Shown piece after piece: positions 20,121 through 29,305 of a DNA stretch of 64,000 nucleotides. This DNA comes from an uncultured Actinomycetes bacterium (GTDB lineage Bacteria; Actinomycetota; UBA4738; HRBIN12): positions 106,032 through 170,031 of the forward strand of contig CAWKKN010000003.1 in the NCBI GenBank assembly GCA_963850315.1, written 5' to 3'. How positions within the stretch are numbered: the stretch's first letter is position 1; the number at the start of each line of letters is the position of its first letter. The notes beneath the pieces were generated by a model. The model was not told the DNA's origin. It ran no database searches and was given only the letters and a program-made list of their open reading frames with translations. A program made the position numbers and the translations under genes.

Positions 20121-21379
20121 TCCCCTTGCGTTCGTCGGTCCTTCACGACCTCGCCACCCTTCATGACGAAGTCCACGTCCTCGAGCAGCGACACGTCATC
20201 GGTGGGGTCGCCGGGAACGGCGATCAGGTCCGCGAGGCGTCCGGGCGCGATCGCGCCCACGCGATCGGACCAACCCAGCAGATCCGCCGCCGTGGCCGTG
20301 GCGCTGCGGATCGCCTCTGTCGGCGTCTGCCCGAACCGCACTTGATACGCGAACTGCTTCGCGACCCAGCGATGCGGATAGCCGCCGCTGTCCGTGCCGT
20401 ATGCGATCTTGACCCCCGCCTTCACGGCCTTCGCGAAGCCCTCGCGTTGCGCCTCGGTCGTCTCCAGGTTCTTGCGGAGCACGTTCCTCGACCAGCCGGC
20501 GCGCCGTCCCTCTTGCTCGATCCAATCACCGAAGTAGATGTCGGCGACCAGGAAGGTCCCGTGGGATGCCATCAGCTCGATCGCCTCGTCGTCCATCAAC
20601 GAGCCGTGCTCGATCGAGCGGACACCGGCACGCACGGCGCGCTTGATCCCTTCGGCGCCGTGCGCGTGCGCGGCGACGAAGGTCCCGTACAACGCCGTCT
20701 CCTCGACCGCGGCACGGATCTCTCCCTCACTGAACTCGGGAGCGCCGGGCGTGGTCCCCTCGGTGAGGACCGCGCCGGTCGCGATCACCTTGATGAAGTC
20801 CGCACCCCCGTGCAGGATCTTGCGCACGCGGGCCCGAACCTCCGGCGCCGAATTCGCCACGCCGAACCGAAGGTCGATCGGCACCACGGCGTCGACATCA
20901 GGTGCCAGCCCGGTGACGTCGCCGCCGCCGCCCGCGGACGTGACGTAGGCGCCCGCGCACATCATCCGGGGACCGGCGACGTCGCCCGCCTCGATCGCGT
21001 CCCGCAGCGCGACGTCTACGAACGCGCGGAACGTGCCCACGTCGCGCACGGTCGTGAAGCCGGCCATCAGCGTGTCCCGCGCGTTGCGTACTCCCGTGAA
21101 CGCCTCCTGCGCAGCGGTCCTCATCACCAGGCCCGCATACCCGTGGCCCGACTCGACCTCGCCGATCATATGCGCGTGGCAGTCGATCAACCCGGGGAGC
21201 ACGGTGGACCTCGATAGGTCGACGATATGGTCCGCCTGGGCGGGAGTGTCGTCCGGTGCGACCACCGACTCGATCCGGTCACCCCGGATCACGACGGCGC
21301 GGTCGGTGAGTACCTCCCCCGCTTCCACGTCGACCAGGCGGCCCGCGCGGACGACCGTGAGTGCTTCGGATGTCGGCAT
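20117..21379 (-). CDS. Metal-dependent amidohydrolase (imidazolonepropionase/Xaa-Pro-dipeptidase-like subfamily)
   Basis: 420 aa. PGLIDCHAHM, ADFIKV, VAAHAHG, SIEHG, YGTDSG. Its stop overlaps the aminotransferase start. Confidence 0.9.
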   Translation of the reverse strand: MPTSEALTVVRAGRLVDVEAGEVLTDRAVVIRGDRIESVVAPDDTPAQADHIVDLSRSTVLPGLIDCHAHMIGEVESGHGYAGLVMRTAAQEAFTGVRNARDTLMAGFTTVRDVGTFRAFVDVALRDAIEAGDVAGPRMMCAGAYVTSAGGGGDVTGLAPDVDAVVPIDLRFGVANSAPEVRARVRKILHGGADFIKVIATGAVLTEGTTPGAPEFSEGEIRAAVEETALYGTFVAAHAHGAEGIKRAVRAGVRSIEHGSLMDDEAIELMASHGTFLVADIYFGDWIEQEGRRAGWSRNVLRKNLETTEAQREGFAKAVKAGVKIAYGTDSGGYPHRWVAKQFAYQVRFGQTPTEAIRSATATAADLLGWSDRVGAIAPGRLADLIAVPGDPTDDVSLLEDVDFVMKGGEVVKDRRTQGE

Positions 21380-21401
21380 GGCCCGAGCATATCGGGCGCG
21401 G

Positions 21402-22181
21402 CTAACCCTCGATAACCCGCAGTTCCCGCTCGATCAGATCGTGCAACTCGCGCGTTTCGAAGCTGCGATCGTGTCCCGCATGCACGCGACGAACGGGCAG
21501 GTCGCCCAGCCGCCGCAGCGAGCGGCCGGCGGCCTGGGGATCGTCGAAGGCGAGCCTGCCCTCGACGTACGCTGTGTCTCCCGTGAACAGCAAGCCGCTG
21601 TCCGCCTCCCACAGGGCGATGGAGCCCGGCGTATGGCCGGGGACATGGATGACCTCCAGCCGGCGGTCGCCGAGGTCGATGATGTCGCCGTCGTCCAGCG
21701 CCGCGGTCAGCTCGGCCCCTGGGCTCGTCCATTCTTCGTCATCGAAATCCTCCGACGGCAGCGCCTCAACGATCAGGCGAGGGGTCGGGTAACCGTAGAA
21801 GGCGAACATCTCCTCCGCGCCCTCAGGGTAGTCGTCGCGATGCACGCGCATCGCGTACGGCTCTCGGGTCTCGTCGGCGTCGGCGGCATGGCCTCGACGG
21901 TCCTCGAACTCGCGCAAGCCTCCGACGTGATCGAAATGGCCGTGCGTCACGAGCGCGATCACGGGCCGCCCCTGCGAAAGGTCATCGACCGTCGGCTTGA
22001 GCGGTCCGAGCCCGTTGCCCGAATCGATCAAGAGGTCGGCGTCGCGGCCCCGCACGTGCCAGACGTTGGACTCGATCACCGGATTGACGTGCAGCTCGAC
22101 CAGGCGGGTGACGTCGTCGCCGGCCTGGGTCGCGATCCACCACTGATCTGCGATCGGCGGCCTCCACACGTGCGAGCTCAC
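21402..22181 (-). CDS. MBL-fold metallo-hydrolase
   Basis: 259 aa. THGHFDHVGG and HVPGHTPGS metal-binding motifs. Confidence 0.9.
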   Translation of the reverse strand: MSSHVWRPPIADQWWIATQAGDDVTRLVELHVNPVIESNVWHVRGRDADLLIDSGNGLGPLKPTVDDLSQGRPVIALVTHGHFDHVGGLREFEDRRGHAADADETREPYAMRVHRDDYPEGAEEMFAFYGYPTPRLIVEALPSEDFDDEEWTSPGAELTAALDDGDIIDLGDRRLEVIHVPGHTPGSIALWEADSGLLFTGDTAYVEGRLAFDDPQAAGRSLRRLGDLPVRRVHAGHDRSFETRELHDLIERELRVIEG

Positions 22182-23416
22182 GCTCGGTCCTCGAAGAAGA
22201 GCGTGCCAGCCGGACCGCGGAGGCAGTGCGCCGAGAACATCGCACCGTTGTAGCTCCCCACGTTCATCGCCGCCAGGATGTCACCTTCGCGCACGTTCGG
22301 GAACGGCAGGTCCTCCGCGAACAGGTCGTTGCCCTCGTTGATGTTCCCGCTGATCGTGACTTCGCGTTCGGGCTCGGCGTCGGCGGCCCGGCAGAGCACG
22401 ATGTCGAGCGGGCCGTCGTAGACGAACCGTTCGCACATCACGTTCCATCCGGTGTCGAGCCCCACGAAGGTCAGCCCTTCTCGGTCCTCAACCGTGACGA
22501 TCTCCGCGAGGTGCACGACCGCGTCCTTCACCAGGAAGTCCCCCGGCTCGGTTCCCACGGCGACGTCCAGCGGCCCGAGGTGCCGTGCGAGGATCGACGC
22601 CCAGGCGCCGACGTCCAAAGGTGTGTCGCGGGGCCGGACGGGCACACCCAGCCCGCCGCCCGTGTTGACCTCCACGATGGGACAGCCGGTGTTCTGCAGG
22701 GCTCGGGTCGTTTCCGCGACGCGCCGCATCGTCTCCTCGAACACCGACAAGCCGCGCGTGAGATAGCCGTCGCCGACGTGCGCGTGCACCGTGTCGATCG
22801 TGAGCCCGTGCTTCGCGGCGATGGCGAGCGCCTCGTCCAACCGCTCGGGGAAGATCCCGAACTTCGTGGGTCGAGGCCCCGTGTACAGGGTCTCGCCGGC
22901 CCCGTCATAGGACGCACCGATGCGCGGGTTGATCCGGATCCCCACGTTCGCACCCGGCGCGCGCCGTCCCACGCGCTCGAGCTGGGTGAGCAGGTCGACG
23001 TTGAGGTGCACGCCCGCCTCCAGGATCGTTTCGAGGTCCCGCTCGGATACGTTCGTCCCGGTGTAACTGATCTCCGCTGCGGCCCAGCCGTTGTCGATGG
23101 CCCAACGCACCTCACCCGGCGAGCAGACGTCGATGCCGACGAACGGCGTCCGCTCGCGTAGGAATCGCAGCAGCTCCGGCTCTCGCTGCGCCTTCAGGGC
23201 GAGCCTCACCACACCGCGGAGCCCCGCCCCGGCGAGCGCGTCGCGCAGGGTCTCGGCCTGTTCCCGGACACGGACGAGATCGTGCACATACAACGGGGTG
23301 CCGTGCTCGCGCGCGAGCCGTTCGGCGTCGCGGCCCGCCAGGGTGAGCCGACCGTCGCGCACCTCCAGACCCGGGCGCCGCCACCACGTCCGTTCATCGA
23401 TCGGAGCGGTCCTCAC
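22178..23416 (-). CDS. PLP-dependent group IV decarboxylase (Orn/DAP/Arg decarboxylase fold; LysA-like)
   Basis: GTPLYVHD.., ALKAQ (PLP Lys context), GGGLGV, EPGDFLV, SGNINEGNDLF, VGSYN. The start is set to GTG at 23416. The upstream 82 codons of the listed ORF overlap the divergent promoter region. Confidence 0.85.
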   Translation of the reverse strand: MRTAPIDERTWWRRPGLEVRDGRLTLAGRDAERLAREHGTPLYVHDLVRVREQAETLRDALAGAGLRGVVRLALKAQREPELLRFLRERTPFVGIDVCSPGEVRWAIDNGWAAAEISYTGTNVSERDLETILEAGVHLNVDLLTQLERVGRRAPGANVGIRINPRIGASYDGAGETLYTGPRPTKFGIFPERLDEALAIAAKHGLTIDTVHAHVGDGYLTRGLSVFEETMRRVAETTRALQNTGCPIVEVNTGGGLGVPVRPRDTPLDVGAWASILARHLGPLDVAVGTEPGDFLVKDAVVHLAEIVTVEDREGLTFVGLDTGWNVMCERFVYDGPLDIVLCRAADAEPEREVTISGNINEGNDLFAEDLPFPNVREGDILAAMNVGSYNGAMFSAHCLRGPAGTLFFEDRA

Positions 23417-23485
23417 GTGCCCAAGGCTAACCGAGACCGCCGGCCCTCGGTTCGGAGCCCCGTCCAGCGCACTAAGGTAAGCCAC

Positions 23486-24100
23486 GTGGATGACCGCGCG
23501 ACATGCGTGCTGGAAACCGAGCGACTCATCCTCAGGCATCTCACCATGGACGACCTCGATCCTCTCGCGCGGATCTATCGCGATCCCGAGGTTCGACGCT
23601 ACTTCCCCGAAGGGGTACTGACCCGCGAGCAAACGAGGGAAGAACTCGCGTGGATCATCCACGTCTACTACGAGCGGTACGGGTTCGGGCTGTGGGCGAC
23701 CGTCCTCAAGGACACCGGGGAGCTCGTCGGTCGGTGCGGGCTGCTGCCGTGGAAGGTCACGCGCGGGCGGGACGGCCGGCCCGGCCTCGACGGTGCGGAC
23801 GAATATCCCGACACGTCATCGCTGATCGAGGTCGAAGTGGCCTATCTGCTCGCCCGGGACCACTGGGGACGAGGGCTCGGAACGGAGGCCGCGGTGGCGA
23901 TCGTCGGCCACGCGTTCGAGTCGTTGCATCTGGAGCGATTGATCTGCCTCTTCGAGCCGGAGAACGTCGCCTCCCGCAACGTCGCCGAGAAGATCGGCAT
24001 GAGGCCGGATGGCGATGTGGAGCTGGACGGCGAGCTCATCCCCGTCTTCGCGATCGCCGCGGATCGAGGCCGCGACGTACGGGCTACGACTCAGGACTGA
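23486..24100 (+). CDS. GNAT-family N-acetyltransferase (RimJ/RimL-like)
   Basis: LETERLILRHLTMDDLDPLARIYRDPEVRRYF..GLWATVLKDTGELVGRCGL..WGRGLGTEAAVAIVGHAF..NVASRNVAEKIGM. The GTG start at 23486 is tentative. Confidence 0.85.
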   Translation: MDDRATCVLETERLILRHLTMDDLDPLARIYRDPEVRRYFPEGVLTREQTREELAWIIHVYYERYGFGLWATVLKDTGELVGRCGLLPWKVTRGRDGRPGLDGADEYPDTSSLIEVEVAYLLARDHWGRGLGTEAAVAIVGHAFESLHLERLICLFEPENVASRNVAEKIGMRPDGDVELDGELIPVFAIAADRGRDVRATTQD

Positions 24101-24542
24101 CCGAGGTGCGGTAGACCACCGCGGCGGCGCGGAGCGTGTCGACGAGCACCTCGAGCGGCGCGTTCTTCTCCAACAGGTTCGCGGCGCCCATGAATTCGGC
24201 GGCCCACTTGGAGTCTCGTTCCGAGAACGCCGTGAGGATCACAACCTGAGTTCTGGGCTCCTGCGCCTTGATCAGCACGGTGGCCTCGATCCCGTCGACA
24301 TCGGGCATGCGCAGGTCCATGAGCACGACCTCCGGCCTCAACGAGGCAGCCTTGTCGCCTGCCTCCGCACCGTCTCTGGCCTCACCGACGATGTCGAAGC
24401 CGAACGCCGGAAGGCAGTCGCGCAACACCATCGTCGTTCGGGCGTCGTCATCGGCGATCAGCAACCGGATGGGATCGCCGAGCACCTCCTGATCCCAGGA
24501 TCTGCGTCGAGTCGCGCCCTCGAGAACCACATCGACCGTCAC
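24084..24542 (-). CDS. Stand-alone response-regulator receiver domain protein
   Basis: 152 aa. IRLLIADDD, VVLMDLRMPDVDG, VVILTAF and the K in LLEKN match CheY-like receiver landmarks. There is no output domain and no kinase nearby. Confidence 0.85.
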   Translation of the reverse strand: MTVDVVLEGATRRRSWDQEVLGDPIRLLIADDDARTTMVLRDCLPAFGFDIVGEARDGAEAGDKAASLRPEVVLMDLRMPDVDGIEATVLIKAQEPRTQVVILTAFSERDSKWAAEFMGAANLLEKNAPLEVLVDTLRAAAVVYRTSVSPES

Positions 24543-24622
24543 GGCACACCTCTGCCTCTTCCCTGCCCCCCTTGAGCCTCCCGCCCTAGACCAATCGGCA
24601 ACCCCGAGAACATCCTTAGGTC

Positions 24623-24648
24623 GTATCCGACGCGGCCGCGTCGGATAC
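24623..24648 (-). terminator. Perfect 26-nt palindrome 25 nt downstream of tRNA-Ala (likely terminator or processing hairpin)
   Basis: GTATCCGACGCGG/CCGCGTCGGATAC is fully self-complementary. It lies between the tRNA 3' end (24674) and the receiver-gene start (24542). There is no U-tract. Confidence 0.5.
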
Positions 24649-24673
24649 GCCAGGCACCGGGAAGGCCGTGCAG

Positions 24674-24747
24674 TGGAGGTGAGGGGATTTGAACCCCTGA
24701 CCCCTGCCGTGCGAAGGCAGTGCTCTACCGGACTGAGCTACACCCCC
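24674..24747 (-). tRNA. tRNA-Ala (anticodon CGC)
   Basis: The reverse complement GGGGGTGTAGCTCAGTCCGGTAGAGCACTGCCTTCGCACGGCAGGGGTCAGGGGTTCAAATCCCCTCACCTCCA folds as a cloverleaf. It has a G3:U70 pair, anticodon loop TTCGCAC and T-loop TTCAAAT. CCA is not encoded. Confidence 0.95.
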
Positions 24748-24804
24748 AGGAGCGAAGCTCAGGGTAGCAGGGGGGCCCGACGCGAGCGCCGGCGGAGAGC
24801 GAGT

Positions 24805-25440
24805 CTACCCGCGATCGCCGAGGCGGCGCGCGTGCTCGTCGAGGGCGTCGCGCAGGTCGCGGCCGACGACGGCGATCGAGAGATCGCCTCGCGTCTTCTC
24901 GATCAGCGAGCGTGCGACGTCGGTGGACCTGCGCAGGTTCAACGTGATCGCGTCGGGGTAGTCCATCGTGACGAGCACGCCGTAGAGCTCCTCCAGATCG
25001 CCCAGAAGCGACTCGGCCTGCACGACCTCGCCCGTGCGCAGCAGATCGAGGATCCTTCGACGTCCCTCTCCGATCGCCTCGGCCATGCCGTTGAGATAGG
25101 GTGCGTCCTCCACCCCCAGCGCCTCGGGGGTCGGCAAGGCCTCGCCCGCGACGAGGGCGAGCGTGATGTTCGCCTCCGCGTACTCCTTCTGGGCGTCCTG
25201 GAGGTAGCCTGCGAACCGCACGTCGGGATGCGCCGCGACGGCGCCCATACCCTCGTCCAGCTCCTGCTTCGACGTCGCGATCAGCCCGCGTGCCCGGTCG
25301 AGTTCCAGACGGTGGACGGCGCGGATCGCGTTCGCGCTGGCCCGGATCGAGCGCCGGGCGGCCGGCAGGGCACGCTCGCGCGCGGAGGTCTTGGCGTCGA
25401 ATCGCTCGTGGAGGGTTCGGGTGAGCTCGTCCGGATCCAC
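24805..25440 (-). CDS. Translin-family (COG2178-like) protein (tentative)
   Basis: 211 aa and all-helical. YLQDAQKEYAEA.., APYLNGMAEAIGEGRRRILDLLRTG.., LEELYGVLVTMDYPDAIT..LRRSTDVARSLIEKTRGDL resembles the translin/TRAX pattern. By-eye assignment. Confidence 0.55.
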   Translation of the reverse strand: MDPDELTRTLHERFDAKTSARERALPAARRSIRASANAIRAVHRLELDRARGLIATSKQELDEGMGAVAAHPDVRFAGYLQDAQKEYAEANITLALVAGEALPTPEALGVEDAPYLNGMAEAIGEGRRRILDLLRTGEVVQAESLLGDLEELYGVLVTMDYPDAITLNLRRSTDVARSLIEKTRGDLSIAVVGRDLRDALDEHARRLGDRG

Positions 25441-25447
25441 GCCCGGC

Positions 25448-26044
25448 TCAGGCGGGGTTGGCGGCGCGAACCACCACGTGTACGCGATCGCTCTCGCCCA
25501 GCGCGCCGAGGCCGTTGAACGTGGGGCGCGCCCAGGTGCTTCGTCCCTCCGCCACGTACCGGGCGGCGGGGCGGTGCAGACGCGGTGCGGAGGGCTCGCG
25601 CGCGGCGCGCGCCTGCTCGTGCGGGGACACGGCGGCGTCGCGATGCTTCATCGCGAGGAGCAGCCAGATGTAGACCGTCAGCAGACCGACGAGGCCCAGG
25701 CTCAGCGACCACATCACGCGCAGGGGCGGCACGACCCCGATCAGGAACGTGATGACGATCGACTCGAGCAGGAACGTGAAGATCTGCCTGCGTCGGCCCC
25801 GTGCGCGGGCGCGCCTACGCTCGGCCGTGCCGACGAACGGCATCCCCTTGCGGGGTGTGACGATCCATCGACCGCTGCCCTGAACCTCTGCCTGTGCCAA
25901 TCGCTCCATCCCGTGTTCGAACTCGTTGACGCTTCCCTCGGCCGTTCGTGGCTCGCGACGCTCCAGCAGCGGACCGACGAGAAGCACCCCCCATATGATG
26001 CCCAACCCCGCCAGGGCCAACCAACCCAACCGCGAGCCTCCCAT
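25448..26044 (-). CDS. Three-TM membrane protein, candidate divisome protein SepX/GlpR family
   Basis: 198 aa from MGGSRLGW. TM1 LGWLALAGLGIIWGVLLVGPLL, a basic linker (RRRARARGRRRQ), then TM2/TM3 IFTFLLESIVITFLIGVV and WSLSLGLVGLLTVYIWLLLAM. Its position downstream of galU-moeA mirrors the conserved actinobacterial cluster. Confidence 0.5.
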   Translation of the reverse strand: MGGSRLGWLALAGLGIIWGVLLVGPLLERREPRTAEGSVNEFEHGMERLAQAEVQGSGRWIVTPRKGMPFVGTAERRRARARGRRRQIFTFLLESIVITFLIGVVPPLRVMWSLSLGLVGLLTVYIWLLLAMKHRDAAVSPHEQARAAREPSAPRLHRPAARYVAEGRSTWARPTFNGLGALGESDRVHVVVRAANPA

Positions 26045-26087
26045 CGATGCGCCCTGCCGGGTCGCACAACATCTAGGTTGGTGTTGG

Positions 26088-26116
26088 AAGCTAGCACCAC
26101 ATGTAGGGGGCCACAA
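26088..26116 (-). promoter_or_regulatory. Candidate promoter for the SepX/GlpR-like gene
   Basis: Minus strand reads TTGTGG (26116-26111), a 17-nt spacer, then TAGCTT (26093-26088), 43 nt upstream of the ATG, inside an unusually AT-rich 190-bp spacer. Pattern match only. Confidence 0.35.
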
Positions 26117-26236
26117 TCACATCGATGGGATTCGAAGAACTTATTCACAAGCCGTGTTCCGGCCATCCCGCGTTCACCCCGGCGCGGTTACGGCGGTTGC
26201 CGTAGGGAGGAACAGGGTCGGAGGGCGACGCGCCCC

Positions 26237-26722
26237 TTAGGGCTCCTCGGCCCGATAGTCGCCCGACTTGCCGCCGGACTTCGCGAGCAGGCGCAGCCCG
26301 TCGATCCTGGCCGCGCGATCGAAGGCCTTCGCCGTGTCGTAGAGGGACAGCGCCGCGACCGCCGCAGCCGTGAGCGCCTCCATCTCCACGCCCGTGCGGT
26401 CGGTGGCGCGGACGGTCGTTCGCACGCGCAGACGCCCCGCTGCCTCGTCGGCCTCGATCGCCACCTCGGCGCCCGTTACCCGGATCGGGTGGCAGTGCGG
26501 CAGGAGCCGTGGCGTCTCCTTCACCCCGATCACCCCCGCGATCTTCGCGGTCTGGATCGGGTCGCCCTTCTTCGTCCCGGCCAGCAGGTGGGCGATCGCC
26601 TCGGGCGTCATCGACACCCAGCACTCCGCGACCGCTGCGCGATCGGTCTCCGCCTTCGTCCCCACCTCGACGATCCGCGTGACGCCGTCCGCGCCGGCCT
26701 GGTTCTGAGCTCGGTCCATCAC
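26237..26722 (-). CDS. moaC: Cyclic pyranopterin monophosphate synthase MoaC
   Basis: 161 aa. KGDPIQTAKIAGVIGVKETPRLLPHCHPI...TGVEMEALTAAAVAALSLYD is the MoaC core. Confidence 0.93.
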   Translation of the reverse strand: MMDRAQNQAGADGVTRIVEVGTKAETDRAAVAECWVSMTPEAIAHLLAGTKKGDPIQTAKIAGVIGVKETPRLLPHCHPIRVTGAEVAIEADEAAGRLRVRTTVRATDRTGVEMEALTAAAVAALSLYDTAKAFDRAARIDGLRLLAKSGGKSGDYRAEEP

Positions 26723-26724
26723 CG

Positions 26725-27988
26725 CTAATCCTCCGCGGAACGGAACACCTGCACGCGCACCTGCGAGCCTGCCGGGGCGACCTCGATCCCCTGCGGCACC
26801 ATGGCGAGCCCGTTCGCCCGTGAGACGGTGGAGATCAGATTGGAGCCACGCGGGCCGGTGGGCGTCGCCTGCCAGCCGTCCTGGCCACGCTGCAGGAGAA
26901 CCCGCGCGAACTGCATCTTTCCGCGCGGACCGCTCACATCCTTCGTGAGCGTGGCCGTGACCTCAGGCCGGCGGATCTCGAGTGCGCCCCATCATCTTGA
27001 GCAGGGCCGGCCGCACGAACTGCTCGAAGCTCACGAACACGCTCACGGGGTTGCCGGGAAGGCCCCAGTAGGGCTTGTGCTCCACGTGGCCGAACCCTTG
27101 CGGCATCCCCGGCTGCATCGCCACCTTGTAGAAGTCCACCTCGCCCCGGCGGAAGAACGCCGCCTTCACGACGTCGCGCTCGCCCACGCTCACGCCGCCC
27201 GTGGAGATGAACGCGTCCGCCTGGATCTCGACCGCGAACACCGCCTCGCGGAAGGCATCGACGTCGTCCGCGACGATCCCGGAGAGGACCGGCTGGGCGC
27301 CCACCTCCCGGAGGGCGCCGAAGATCGTGTACGCGTTCGAATCGCGGACCTGGCCGAAGTCGGGAGTCTCCGTCGGCGTGATCAGCTCGTCGCCCGTGGA
27401 GAGCACGGCGACGCGCGGACGTGGGTGCACCAGCGGCGTGGGATGACCTGCGTTCGCGAGCAGTCCCAGCTCGGGCGGTCCGATGCGCCGGCCCTTCTCC
27501 ACGAGGACCTGCCCCTCCTTCACGTCTTCGCCCGCGGGACGGACGTGGCGGCCGGCGTCCGCGCCCTCGAACAGCTGCACGACCTCGCCCGTGGACTCGG
27601 CGTTCTCGACCGGGATCACCGCGTCCGCGCCGGCCGGGATGGGAGCGCCGGTGGCGATCTGCACCGCCTCGCCGATCCCCACGGTCACCTGCGGCCGGTG
27701 ACCGATCATCGAGCGCCCCACCACCTTCAGCTCGGCGGGTGCGGAAGGCGAGGCGTGCTCCACGTCGGCGGCCCGGACCGCGAACCCGTCCATCGCCGAG
27801 GAAGGGAATTCGGGAAGGTCGAACGTCGCCACGATATCGCGCGCCGACACGCATCCGAACGCGTCGGTGAGGGGCAGCTCGAGCGGCACGAGGGGCTGGA
27901 CGTGCGACAACACGTGCTCCCGGGCGTCGTCCACACTCAGGAGACCTTCCCCGGAATCGTGGTCGTGCACGCGAGGCGCCTCACTCAT
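26725..27988 (-). pseudogene. moeA: Molybdopterin molybdotransferase MoeA / gephyrin-like Glp, with a single frameshift in this assembly
   Basis: 341-aa N-terminal ORF (..SAMDGFAV.., STGDEL, VRDSNAY, STGGVSVGERD, GLPGNPVS) plus a 70-aa C-terminal ORF (domain IV: ..GKMQFARVLL..GSNLISTVSRANGLAMVP). The frames join at the CCCC run 26987-26990. Confidence 0.88.
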
Positions 27989-28010
27989 GGCCCGAGTCTA
28001 CTCGGGCGCG

Positions 28011-28889
28011 TCAGACCAACTTCTTGCGCTGCACGAGCTCGGCGAGGTAGGCGCGGAACTGGGGCCCGACGTCCTCGCGCTCGATCGCGAGCTCCACCGT
28101 GGCCTTCAGATAGTCCACCTTATTCCCCACGTCGAAGCGGCCGTGATCGAAGATGTAGGCGTACACGGCCTGATCCTGCGCCAGCAGGTTGATGGCGTCG
28201 GTGAGCTGGATCTCGTCCCCGCGGCCCGGCTTCGTCGCGCGGATCGCGCCGAAGATCTCGGGCGTGAACACGTAGCGGCCGATCGACGCGAGGTTGGACG
28301 GCGCATCCTCCGGGCTGGGCTTCTCGACCACCGAGACGACCCGCGCGAGGTTCTCCTCGACGGCCTCCGGGGTGATGCAGCCGTACCAGGAGATCTCCTC
28401 GCGCGAGACCTCCTGTGCACCCAGCACGCTCCGCCCGTACTTCTCATGGACACGCAGCATCTCCGGCAGGAGGGGCACGGACGGATGGATCAGGTCGTCG
28501 CCCAGGAGCACCGCGAACGCCTCCCCGCCGACATGCGGCTCGGCGACGCTCACCGCATGTCCCAGGCCCAGCGCCTCGCCCTGGCGGATGAAGTGGATGT
28601 CGGCCATCTCCGACAGCGCCCGCACCTGCTTCAGCTCGTCGAACTTCCCCTTGTCTTCGAGGAACTGCTCGAGCTCGACGTTACGGTCGAAGTGGTCCTC
28701 GATGGAGCGCTTGTTGCGCCCCGTGATGATGAGGATGTCGGTGAGTCCCGCCCGCACGGCCTCCTCGACCACCAGCTGGATCGCCGGCGTGTCGACGACC
28801 GGGAGCATCTCCTTGGGTTGCGCCTTGGTGGCCGGCAGGAACCGCGTCCCGAGTCCGGCGGCGGGGATCACTGCTTTGTGGACCTTCAC
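28011..28889 (-). CDS. galU: UTP--glucose-1-phosphate uridylyltransferase GalU
   Basis: KAVIPAAGLGTRFLPATKAQPKEMLPVVD.P, GLGHAV, VEKP. The start is set to the GTG at 28889, 8 nt after GGAGG. The listed ORF begins at 28931. Confidence 0.92.
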   Translation of the reverse strand: MKVHKAVIPAAGLGTRFLPATKAQPKEMLPVVDTPAIQLVVEEAVRAGLTDILIITGRNKRSIEDHFDRNVELEQFLEDKGKFDELKQVRALSEMADIHFIRQGEALGLGHAVSVAEPHVGGEAFAVLLGDDLIHPSVPLLPEMLRVHEKYGRSVLGAQEVSREEISWYGCITPEAVEENLARVVSVVEKPSPEDAPSNLASIGRYVFTPEIFGAIRATKPGRGDEIQLTDAINLLAQDQAVYAYIFDHGRFDVGNKVDYLKATVELAIEREDVGPQFRAYLAELVQRKKLV

Positions 28890-28963
28890 GACCTCACCCT
28901 CCTGCAGGGATGGGGAGTCTACGCGGGGCATCGGCGCCTGGCCAGTCCTACACTGCTGCGGCG

Positions 28964-29302
28964 ATGCCCACGTACGAGTACATCTGCAAGAGCTGCGGGC
29001 ACCTGTTCGAGATCGTCCAATCCATGCGCGACGACACCTTGACCGAATGTCCCGAGTGCGGCGGCGAGCTGCGCAAGGTGTTCGCGCCGCCGGCGATCTC
29101 CTTCAAGGGGTCGGGCTTCTACGCCACCGACCATCGCAGGAAGGCGTCGGCTTCCCCCACCGAGAAGAAGGACGACAAGAAGTCGGATGCGAAGCCCGAT
29201 ACGGGATCCGCCGATGCAGGGAAGACCAAGAAGCCCGACACGAAGCCGGCGGCCACGGGCGGCGGCGGCTCGTCCTCACCCGCCTCGAAGACGAAGGACT
29301 GA
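28964..29302 (+). CDS. FmdB-family zinc-ribbon protein with a Lys/Ser/Thr-rich tail
   Basis: MPTYEYICKSCGHLFEIVQSMRDDTLTECPECGGELRKVF..SFKGSGFYATD is the canonical FmdB/CxxC-x-CxxC motif. Confidence 0.85.
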   Translation: MPTYEYICKSCGHLFEIVQSMRDDTLTECPECGGELRKVFAPPAISFKGSGFYATDHRRKASASPTEKKDDKKSDAKPDTGSADAGKTKKPDTKPAATGGGGSSSPASKTKD

Positions 29303-29305
29303 GGG

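Noticed and set aside
24674-24747. tRNA-Ala as an integration site of a genomic island
   Set aside because: There is no integrase, excisionase, transposase or phage gene on either side. I noticed no direct repeat of the tRNA 3' end, and the flanking genes are conserved housekeeping-type synteny.
26045-26236. The AT-richer 190-bp spacer between moaC and the GlpR-like gene as a small RNA or riboswitch
   Set aside because: I could not fold a convincing conserved structure or recognise any riboswitch core. A plausible -35/-10 pair for the downstream gene explains the composition.
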